This document shows, piece by piece, positions 17,701 through 29,700 of a DNA stretch of 61,485 nt. Made by a program: the position numbers and the translations under genes. The DNA is from an uncultured Planctomycetaceae bacterium. GTDB lineage: Bacteria; Planctomycetota; Phycisphaerae; SM23-33. The first letter of the stretch is position 1; each line of letters begins with the position of its first letter. The notes below the pieces were generated by a model. The model did not search any database and was not told the DNA's origin. It worked only from the letters and a program-made list of their open reading frames with translations. The DNA is taken from positions 1-61,485 of the forward strand of contig CAZCDM010000001.1 in NCBI GenBank assembly GCA_964497475.1. Direction: 5' to 3'.

Positions 17701-20700
17701 CGGCGGGGCGGTCACTGTCGAGTACGACGAGTGGACTCAGACGTATTACGGCATTACGAAAATCGTCGCCGATGGTGGCGAAGGCGATGACGTCTTTGAC
17801 GCCTCGGGCCTGCGGGATGTTCGCCTGGAGATCGATGGCGGGGCGGGCAACGACCGGATCATCGCCGGTGCGGCGGCCTCGGCCGTTCTGACCGGCGGCG
17901 CCGGAGATGACGTCCTGGACGCCTCACGGTCCTGGTATGCCTATCTCCACGGTGGCTCGGGCAGAGATACCCTTATCGGTGGCTATGGGAATGACGACCT
18001 GATCGGAGGGACGGGTGACGATTCGATCACCGGCAATGCCGGCGACGATCGCATCACCGGTGGCGCCGGGGCCGATACCATCGCCGGCGGCCAGGGCGAT
18101 GACACCTACCTCTTCGGCGATGCCTGGGGTAGTGATCGCTACCGCGACACCGAAGGCACGAGCACGCTGGACTACTCGGGCGTCACGGGCGACCTGACGA
18201 TCACGCTCAACCAGCGTGGGGCGGAAATCATCCATGGCGAGTCGCGTGAGGTGGTTACCCCGGCCGGTGATGTGCAGGACATGATCACCGATGCTTTGCT
18301 GACACCCAACCCGTACAGCCGCCCGCAGATTCCCATGCAGGAAGTCCAGGGCCTGGTGATTCACTATGTGGGGAATCCCGGCTCCAGCGCGATGGACAAC
18401 CGCAACTACTTCGAGTCGCTGAAAAACGGCGCCGGGTATGCCTCCAGTCAGTACATCGTCGGGCTTGAGGGCGAAATCATCCGCTGTGTACCGGAAGACG
18501 AAGTGGCCTATCACGCCGGAGGGGCAAACTATACCGACCTGGCACGCGATCGGTTCTGGGATGCCAATCGCGGGCGGATTTATCCGCACGACAAGGTCAT
18601 CGGCATCGAGACCTGCCACCCCGATTCGACGGGACAGTTCACGCAGGTTACGGAAGATGCTCTCGTGGCGCTGTCGGCCGATATCGTCCGCCGCTACGGG
18701 CTGAGCCGCGATGAGGTCCTGCGGCATCATGATGTGACCGGCAAGGACTGCCCCAAGTATCACGTCGATCATCCCGAAGCCTGGGAAGCGCTGGTCGACC
18801 GGATCATGGCTGCTGCGGCCCAGACGCCGGTCGAATCGGGCAGCGAGACCGTTGTGACCACGCAGCTCGGTGCGGTGCAGACCGGCCGCGGCGACGTTGG
18901 AAATATTATCACCCGCTTCGGCGATTTTGATCTGAACATCGGTCGTCCGGTCAGTGCCTTCGGTGCCGATGAAACGACCCAGCGGCTGGCCGAGGGGCTC
19001 GAAGAACTCAGCCAGTATGCACGCGACATGAAGGACTCGCTGCTGGAAGACATCGCCGGTCAGATCGGCCAGCAGATTCCCGGCACGGGCCTGAGCGTCG
19101 ATGAACTGCTCGACATGCGGGCGTATCTCGGCCTGGGCGATTACATCCAGGCCTACCTGTGGGGCTATACCCACCCCAGCGAGCCGCTGCCCGACAGCGA
19201 ACTGGACATCCCCATCGGTACCGATGCCGAGCCGACGGTTGGCGGGTTGGTCGACTACCTCGAGAGTTACTGGTTCCCGGCCCTGCTGGGAGGCCAGGCC
19301 CAGGGAAGCCCGATGACCCTTTCGTTCTCCAAGACCGACGGCGTGGTGACCGGGCTGGCGATGGATTTTGACGGCGAGGCCACCTACACACGCGACATTC
19401 TGGTTTCGCTTGGCTCCGACGCCGAAGCGCTGGGGCTGCAGTTGGCTGCCGACCAGACCGCCACCGTCGAAATCACCGCCGGGCTGGACTTCTCGATGAG
19501 CCTGGACTGGTCCAGCGAGACACCCGCCTGGAGCTATCAGGTCGACGAGTTGACCTTCGACGCACAGGCCGACCTAGACGGTGTGATCCTGGACGGAAGG
19601 GTCCACGATCTGGCGGTCACGACCGGCCGCGCCGGGGCCTCGGCCGGTACGTTCGACCTGACGCTTGATGCGGATATCACCCATGCCGCCGATTCGCTGA
19701 GCCTGACTCACAGCGGCACGGTGGCCCTGATCATGCCGATCTACGCCGAAATCGCCGGCACGCATGTCAACACCGCCCCGGCGAGCCTCTCGATTACAGG
19801 CGATATCGACGCCGGGACGAGCAGCTTCAACGCCATGAACTTTGAAACCTTCGACGCTTTTGCCGACGTCGAGGTCGAGACGATCATCCAGCGTCTCGAA
19901 ACGCTGGGCCGATGGGTCGAGGGCCTGGCTGGGCCCGACATGGGCGCGGTGGAAATCCCCTCGCTGGGCCTGACCGTGGGTGAACTCTTCCAGCTTGAAG
20001 ACAGCTGGGCCGCAGCCTATTCGCAACTGGACCTCAGTGGCGCGACAACCATTCAGGATGTCCTGGCTGCGATCGAATCGGCCGGGCTCGTTGCCAATGG
20101 CCAGGCCATCAGCTATGACGCCATCGAGCGAACCATTACCGTTCCGATGAGCTTCGACCTGAGCCTCGCAGACGTCCAGGAATTGCTGGTTAATACCGGC
20201 GGTCACTACGACGCAGAGTTCGAGGCGATGCTGCTCGATGCAATCGCCGCTCTGGCCGGCTCGGCCCGTGCGGAGGTCACCTTCGTTATCGATGCTGACG
20301 GCCCCGGCGCGACCGAAGGCTTTACCACCTCGGCTCAGATGCACATTACCGCTTCGGCCTCGGACATCCACTTCCCAGCCCGACTGGGCGACCTGGAAGT
20401 CAGCGTCGGCACCGAAGCATCCGGCACGGCTGAGATCGATCTGACGATGACCGCTTCGATGATCGAAGCGAGTGAAACCTTCGACCTGACCACCGGCGGA
20501 ACGATGAATGTCTACCTGCCTGTCTATGCGACCCTGGCCGGGACGAACATCAATCCGACACACACGGCAGGGCTGAGGCTGACGGGAACGGCCTTCGGCG
20601 CCGGTGGCATGGCCGTGACGACCGAGAATTTCGACAACCTCGTGGCCTTCGAGACGCTGACAGCCCAGCAGTGGCTCGACCGCATCGAACAGGCGGCCCG

Positions 20701-23700
20701 CTGGCGGAGCAACGACCTGGCTGCGACGGTGATTCCCTCGCTGGGGATGACTCTCGGCGATCTTGTCGATTTCGAGGCGATCTACACCGCTCTGATCGGT
20801 GGCGTCGACACCGCTGGCGTCGAGACGTTGCAGGATCTCGTCGCGGCCCTTTCCGCCGCCGGCGTGGTCGCCCCCGGGCAGAGCATAACATACGACGCGG
20901 CCGGGCGACGGATTTCCCTGCCGATGCACTTCGCTCTGGACGTCACTCCCATTTTCGAGCTGACGGCCGAGCTGGGGAGCAGCTATACCGCCGAACTCGA
21001 AGCCCTGCTGATCGAGACCATCGAGGCCATGGGCGATTCGATTACGGCCGATCTGGTTGTGTCGGTTGACCTGGACGGCGCGGACGGTTTGACGGATCTG
21101 ACCTGGCTGAGCGACCTGTCGGTGACGGCTTCGACCACTCGCCCGCAGCAGGATACGCTGTTGGGCGATCTGGAAGTGACCCTCGGCGACGGAACCACCA
21201 ACCCGACGGCTTCGATGAACATTACCGCCTCGTCGAGTCTCCGCGAGGCCACGGGCGATTTCACCATTTCCACCGCCGGTGACGTCGATGTCTACCTACC
21301 GTTCTTTGCCACCCTCGCCGGCGCTGACGTAACCCCCAGCGGCATTGCCGGCGTGCACTACCAAGGCGATATCCTGCCTGGCGATTCGACCAACGCCGTT
21401 GCACTGACCGCAGAAAATTGGGAAAACCTCGCCGAGTTCGAAGCCCTGACCGTCGAGGATATGATGACCCGGCTCGATGGCATTGCCTCCTGGCTGGATA
21501 CGCTGGGAGCCAGTGATCTCTTCGGTCAGCAACTGCCGTTCCTGGCCGAACGGCTTGGCGATGTGCTGGACTTCGGCACGGCCTTCCGGCAGGAAATTCT
21601 CGGGCAGGTCGACTGGGCTTCGGTCACCACGCTGCAGCAGTTCGTGGAGGCCTTCGAGTTGGCGGGCGTTCTGCCCGTTGGCGAGTCGATCATCTACGAT
21701 CCGTCCAGCCAGACCATCCGCCTTCCGAATGTGTTTGACCTGTCGCTGAGTACGTTCGACATGGAAGATCTCGACGCGCTGGGTCTGGTCGATACGGATT
21801 ATCTCATCGGCCTGGGGCTGCTGGACGTGGACGATCTTGACGGGCTGGATACGACGGGCTGGGGTCTCGACGATGTACTCGGTGCGGGGCTGCTCAGTCG
21901 GGCCGATCTGTTCGGCACGCTGGAGACCATCGCCGCGGCCGATCTGGTCAGCCACTCGCTGGTCTCGGCCCAGGAGATCACCGATGCGGGCTTCGACCCG
22001 GCCGGGATGATCGGCCTGGCCGAGCTGCTGGAAAGCGGCCTGACGAGCCTGGATCAGCTGGTGGCGGAAAACCTCGTCGCCCGGCAGCATCTCGACGACC
22101 TGGGGCTAATCGATATCGATCGGCTGAACCTCGAACCTGGTTCGCTGAATGAAATCTACGACCGCAATGTCCTGGTAGATTCCGTCTACGGTGAAAGCGT
22201 CGATCTGGACTGGATTCTCGACGAGGACTACATGGGCCTGGCCGAGCTGGTCTCGCTGGGGCTCATTGATAGCGGCGATCTGGACGGGTACGACTTTGAC
22301 TATTTCGGCCTGGATGACCTGACCCTGGAGCTGGGCGAGAACTATGGCTTGGACCTGGTGGGCCTCGAGGCCGAGCTGGCTGTCGACCTGCAGGCCAGTG
22401 TTGCCGCCGCGTTTGATATCGTTATCGACCTCGATGCCGCCGACGATGCCGGCGAGCTGACCTGGTACGTCGACGAGCCTACCTTCACTGGTTCGGCGAG
22501 CTTCGATATCAACAACACCGCCTCGCGTGGTCGGCTGGGCTTTATCGGCGTGACGATGGGTGATGTCGGCGGGCTCGACAGCCGCGTCGTGATGAACGTT
22601 GCCGGCACGGCGAGTCTGGATACATCCTCGACCCTGGCCGATCTCGATGAACTCCTGGCGGGTAACCTGTATGAGGATTTCACGGTCGACTACGGAGCGG
22701 GATCAATCGACCAGGCCGACCCCGAAGCGACGGGTGAGGCCTACGCGGTCTTCCGCGGGATCAAGATCCGCACCGGCATTGGCGGTATCCCGGCGGCCCA
22801 TGATGCGGAAATCTGGCTTAACGTCGCCGATGTCACCGACGGAACGATCAGTCTGGACATGCAGGACGTGCCGTGGGATTTCTATAAGCATCTGCGCATC
22901 GAGGATGTCCTTGAACTTCTGCACCGGGCCAGTGAGTATGTCCACGACGGGCTTGAGCAGTTGCCGTTCTTCCAGGCCGATGCGACTCTGCCGGATGGTA
23001 CGCCCAATCCGTTTTATGACATGAAGTTGCCCGGCCTGGACATCAGCCCGCGGGAGATCCTTGGGCTGGTGGACGATTTTGACGCGGCGGTCGAGCAGTT
23101 TGAGCAGGAAATCTACAAGCCCGAGAACGATCTTCAGGCGGCCCTGGCGTACCTCAAGGAGCGGCTGGGGATCAACCTGGAAAGCCCCGACTGCCTGACA
23201 GTCTACATGCAGGGCAACTTCATGCGGTTCGATTTCGATCTGCAGTTCCTCACGCGGCAGGCCTTCGGGTTCGATCTGAATATCGGGCAGTTCAAGGAGT
23301 TTGCCACCGGCGGGGCCGACAGCGGCTGGGATGATCTTGACCAGATGACTGCCGGAGCTGGGGCAAGTGGCGCGGCGTATCTGGCGGCCTTTGCGCATGT
23401 GGTCATCGAGGCTGGCATCGACCTCGGCCCGGACAACACCGGCGACGTGTTCCTCTACGAGTACAACGAGACGGTCGATTCGCAGACCAACGAAACCATC
23501 ATCAGCGGCACACGGCTCGAAGCGGGGCTCAAGGCGTTGGGCGAAAATCTCACGATGGCCTTCTCGACCGGTCCGCTGACCATCGGCGTCGATGGCGGGG
23601 CGATCACGATCGACGGCGACGGCGATGCGACGACCAACGTTGAAAATCTCCAGGACGAAGCAACGTTCGACCCGGCCAATCACAGCGACTACGCGACGGT

Positions 23701-26700
23701 GAGCTTCCGCCTCGACGATGGCGACGACGCCGACGATGGCGTATGGACCTTCGGTGATACCTTCGACCTCAGCGGCAATGTGGATGTCGTCGTCACCGGC
23801 GACTTCCAGGTCGACTTGCCGATTACGCTGGAGGCCTTCGGCATTGACGTGCCGCTGGGCAATCTGACGATCGAGACCGTGGACGACGATGGCACGGGCT
23901 TGGCCGACCTGTTTGATTATCTCCGCGGCGAGACGACGACCCATCCGGTTATCGTCAACCTGCCGAATATATCTGAGAACGTCGGCGATCCGCTGAGCAA
24001 CCCGCAACTGTGGATTGGCCAGCCGCTCGAACTGCTCTTGCCGACCGTGGGGCAGCTCAAACAGCAGTTGCTCGATACCCTTGCCGTCGATCCCGACGAC
24101 ACCATCGCAGGGACAAGCATCACCTACAGCGACCTGTTCGGGCCGCAGGGCCTGGAAGGGCTGCTTGACGTAGACACCCAGGTCCAGGCCTACCTCGATC
24201 ATATTGAGGCGAACAACCTCTGGACCGGGCTGAGCACGAAGATGTTCGCGGCCGGGCTGATTCACTGGCTCAACGAGAACTGGCTCAGCCAACTGCCGGG
24301 CTTCGATCCCGAAGACGGGCCCTTTACCCTGCAGATCAATGAAGCGGCCACGCAGTTTACGATTCTTTTTGACGGGGCGATGGCCTTTGGTCATCTCCAG
24401 AGTGTCGACTTGGGCGGGGCTCTGGCCGATGCGGGCGTCGATGTTGTCGAAGGTACCTTCGACCTGGCCATTGAAGCTTCGGCGAGCCTGAGCTTCGAGT
24501 TCTCCGTGGATTTCACTGACACGGCCAATATCGATTCCGACTTCACCTTCCATTCCCTGGGCTTTGACATCGCGGCCTCGGCCGATGATATCGCCATGGA
24601 GGCTGACTGGGGCGTGATGGAAGCGGCCATTGGCAACGTCGAGGACCAGCTCGGCAGCATCGCCCTGCACTTTGGCGGGACGGTTACCTGGGACGAGACG
24701 ACGGGTTTCGGCTTTGACGCTACGGGCCATACCAACAGCCTGGCTATCGACCTGCCCCTCTACGCCCGCCTGGGCGAGGCGGTCTTTGGTGGCACGGCCG
24801 GCCCGCTGGCAGGTATTTCTCTGATCGACAGCGACCTGCTTGACAACAATGCGCCGGGCTTCACGCTGACCAACACGGAAAACCTGGGGCGGAACCTTAT
24901 CGGTGCCCTTGGCGGATATGTCGAGCAGTTGGCTGGGCAGGTCGCTGCACTGAGCGACCAGGTGGCCGGGTGGGGCGTGATGACCTCGACCCTTGGCGGC
25001 ACGGACGTGTCTCTCGGCGACCTGCTGAATCTCGAAGCACTCTTCGCCGTCGGCGAGTATATCCAGCATTACCTCCACCCGATGCTGCATCCGGGACAGA
25101 CCCTGCCGGCCGGCGATACGATCCCGGTGGGCGACTACTCAGCCACCGGCGACCTGCCGACCATCGAAGGGTTGCTGGACTACCTCAACACCCACTGGGC
25201 GCCCACCCTGGGCGGCGGGGCTGACGGGCTCAGTTGGAGTCTCGACGAAACCGGGCTGCACATCGCCTTCGCCGATCAGCTTGCTGCATCGCACACCATG
25301 ACCATCAACCTCGGCGACGATGCCACAGAGTATGGCCTGGGTGTAGACGGAGAGATGAACGTCGACGCGGCAGTGACTACAGATGTGGCCCTGGGGCTGG
25401 ATATCAACCTGCAGACTGGCGAGATGAACTTCCACCTCGACCAGCTCGATATCGCCATCGCCGGCAGTGTCAGTGACCTGATTCTCGCCGGACACCTCGG
25501 CCCGGTCGATCTGGCCATCGGCAAGGCCGACGGGGACAAGGGACAGATATCCCTCGACCTGGCCGCCGGGATCAGCTATGTCGACGGCGCCTTCGCGTTC
25601 CAGGCGACCAACGATCAATTCAACGTCACGCTGCCGATCTACGCGGCCGTGGGCGGGGAGAGCCTCACCGACGAGTCGGCCACCCCGCAGGTGACCCTTG
25701 CCGGTGGGATGTTTGGCGGCTCGCCGCTGATCTTCAACGCCAGCGACCTCGATGACCTGGTGAGTTTCCAGAACTTTGATCTCGACTCGGCCATCGCGAT
25801 GGTTCCGGCACTGCTGGACTGGCTGACGGATTACGCCGAGGACAGCCCGGCCCTGCGGACTGAACTGCCGCTGCTGGGGGGCAAGACTCTCGGCGAGGTC
25901 ATCGATGTCGTGACCGTCTTCACCGAGCAGGTCTCCGACAAGCTGGACTTCTCTGAGACGGTGACGATCGGCGATTTTGTCGGCGTGATTGTCGACAGCG
26001 GCATCGTGCCTGACGGCATGGACGTGACTTACGATGCGGCGACGGCATCACTGACCATTCCGGTGAGCTTCGACGTGATCTTCGATGTCCTGGAAGACCA
26101 GGCGATTGACCTGGGGCTGGACTTCGGCGACTCGCCTTTGGCGCAGATCAGCACCGAAGCCCTGGCCGATCTGGCCGCCGAACTGCATGGCCGGATCGAC
26201 CTGGTGATGGATTTTGACGGTCCCAATGGCACGGAGGGCATGAGTTTCTTCATGGACAATGTCGAGATCACCGGGCAGGTCGGTTTTGACGTGTCTGACA
26301 TGGAAGCCGCGGCCCGGCTGGGGATTCTTGGCTTCACGGCCGGCGGGCCCGACAGCCGCATTCTTCTTGACGCCACTGCTTCGATAACGGTCGAAGACCC
26401 CGACGACGAGCGAACGCGCTTCAGCTTCCAGGAACTCATCGGCGGCATCGTGACTAAGGCGGTCCAGTTCGATCTGACGGGGGATGCATCCGTCCGGCTG
26501 ACCGACCTGGCGGTGGAAGGGTTTGATTCCCTGAGCTTCGGCGAGAACGATGAATTCTTCGTGCGGGTCAATGACCTGGCCGACCTGACGACGACCGAGA
26601 TCGTCGCCATGCCGGACCTCAGCGGCTTTGATATCAGCAACCTCTCGAAGGACGACCTGCTGGCGGCCCTGGACCAGGCGGTTATGGTTCTGCGCGATTC

Positions 26701-29700
26701 GCTACGCTCCATGCCGATGTACCGCCAGACCATTCCGGTCATCAACCAGACGCCTGAGGAGTTGTTCACCATTGTCGAGGAATTTGGCGATGCCGTGGAC
26801 GCACTCCGCAACGACCCGGCCGGGGCGGTCCAGCAGCTCGAAGCTCGGCTGGAACAGGCCCTGGGCATTGTCGATCCGGACGATACGATTCTCAACTTCA
26901 CCCTCGACGGCCAGGTCCTCCGCATGATGCTGAACCTGGAGTATGTCCTGGCCAAGTCCCTGGGCTTCGATATGGACCTCGCGGCGGTCAAATCCCTGGC
27001 CGGTGTCGATGCCGGAGCTCTGGAAGGAGCCGATTCGCTTACCAGCGCCGACGCCACGGGCGAGCTGCTTCTCAAAGCCTTCGCCGATGCCCGCATCGAG
27101 CTGGGGATGGACTTCTCGGCCATGACCGATGACGATGGCAACCGCACCGGTGAGCCGGCGGACATCTTCCTGTACGACTGGGACGAAGCGACCCAGACCG
27201 GCACGAAGATTGAGGCTGGGTTCAAGGTTCTCGGCCGGGAACTGTTCCTCGGCGCCGAGATGGGCCCGCTCGAGCTGGAGGTGATCAACGGCGCGGTCAC
27301 GGTCGATACCGATGGGGACCCGACGACCAACCCCGAACTGCTCGACCCGGCCGACCGCAGCGACTTTGTGACCTTCACGGTCACGCTGGATCAGTTGCCC
27401 GAGGCCCAGGTCAGCGACGACGGGCGGTTCCGATGGTTCGGCGAGAGCCTCCTGAACAGCCTGGACTTCGATTTCGGTGGAGCCTTCTACGTCAATCTCC
27501 CGGCCCGACTCAACGCGTTCGGCGAGGTCTTCTACCTCACCGATACGCCGCTGCGGATCAGTGGCAATATGAGCCTTGATGGCTTCAGCGATGTGGAGTT
27601 CCAGTATCCGGATCTCAACGCACTGCTGGGGCAGATGACTTTCGATACCGGCCTGCGCATTGCCCTGGAAGAAGTTGGTCAGCTCATCGGCCAGCTCAAG
27701 GGCGACCTGCTGTCCAGCGTGAACCTCGACCGTGAGATTCCGGGTCTGGGTGTGACGTTTAACGAACTCTTCGGCAGCGGCGGGCTGGAAGCCTGGCTCG
27801 ATGTCGATACCCACATTCTCCAGTACGTGACCGATTACGACTGGTCCGGCGGATGGAACCGCATCGCCTTTACTTCCGGACTGCTGAGCTACCTGCAGGA
27901 CAACTGGATTTCCACCCTTGGCGGGTACGAGGATGGCACGGAAAGCCCGCTGAGCCTGAACCTCGGCGACAACGGCTTCGAGGTGGTCTTTAATGGCAAT
28001 GCCGGCTTCGTTCTGGACGACCTGCCGGTCGACCTGGCCGGCGAACTGGCCGACAGCGGCCTGGTCGTCACCGGCGATGCCGCCCTCGACGTTGAAGTCG
28101 ACACCGAAATGAAGTTCGCCTTCGAGGTCGGCTTCGATGGCAGTTTCGATTTCGACTTCGATTACTTCCGCTTCGACACCTCAGCTGACGCAGAAAATCT
28201 AATTTTCGGTGTCGAGTACGGCCCGCTGGAAGCCAGTGTCGGCCATGCCGACTACGACAAGGGCCAGCTCCATCTTGACTTGGGCGGCGAGATTCTCCAG
28301 CGCGACGGAAGCTGGCAGATGACACCCTCCGGCGGGGTGGATGTTTACCTGCCGCTGTACGGCGCGATCAACGGTGTGGCTGTTGGCGGGGCCGACGGGC
28401 CGCTGGCCGGCTTTGTGCTGACCGACAGCGCCTTGTTCGACGAGCAGTTGCCAAGCTATATCGCCCCAGACCAGTACGATGGGCAGGATCCGGCCTTTAC
28501 CGTGACCGGCCTGGAAAATCTGGGCAGGAACCTCAGCGGCCTGGCCGCGGGGTATCTCCAGGAACTCGGCGAGTACATCGAAGATCTTCGCGTCGACCTG
28601 ACTGGGAGCAACGGCAGTCTTGCCCAGTCGATCGTCGGAACCGATACCACCATTGCTGAGATGCTCGGCATGGACTCGCTTCTGAGCCTCGGGCAGTACA
28701 TCCAGCACTATCTCCATCCGTTTGTCAGCGGCGATGCCGAACCGCCCTTTGGTGAGGACATCGCCCTGGGCACCTACGCGGAGGGATATCCGACCGTCAG
28801 TGGCCTGGTGGAGTACCTCAACACCAACTGGGTGCCGACCTTGGCTGATGATGACATGGGCTTGCGCTTCGCCATGGACGCCAACGGGCTGACCGTCAGC
28901 TTTGATGGAGCGTGGAATGCGGGGACCACGGTCGGCTTTGACCTGGGCGACTGGGCGGAGACGGCCGGCGTGGAACTCACCGGCAGCGGCGATGTGAACC
29001 TGACGGTCGCGGCCGATCTGGATATGGCCTTTGCCCTGGACTGGACGACGGGCAGCTTCGACTTTGACCTCAATGAACTGATTTTCCAGGCCTCGGCCGA
29101 TACCCGCAATCTTGTGCTGGGCGCAGCGGTCGGTCCGCTGGATGTCAGCATCGGCCGACTCGGCGGGCAACTTGGCGAGATGGCCCTGAGCCTTGGCGGA
29201 ACGGTTTTCACCGACGAGACGACCGGCGCGTTGCGCTTCACGGGTGGCGGGAACAACACCATCGACATCGACCTTCCGCTCTATGCCACCCTCGCCGGTG
29301 AGGACATGACCGACCCGGCCGCTTTGCCCCGGCTGCAGCTCAGTGGCGATCTGTTCGCGCCTGTTCTGGCCACGCCCAACTTCGACCAGCTCATGGATCA
29401 GGTCGCCTCGATGGACTTCCAGACCGTCCTGGCGATGATTCCCGATCTGCTGACCTGGCTGGGCGACCTGGCGGGCGAATCGGCCTTCATGCAGACGACC
29501 CTGCCGTTTACCGATGGCGTGACTCTCGGCGAGTCGCTGGACTTCGTGACCAGCTTCGCCGACGAAATCCAGCAGAAGATCGACTTCAGCCAGGTCGATA
29601 CCCTGGGCGAATTCGTCTCGGCGTTCAACGACGCTGGCGTGCTGCCCGAGGGCGAACTGATTACCTATGATGCCGTCGCCCAGGCTCTGCGCGTACCGCT

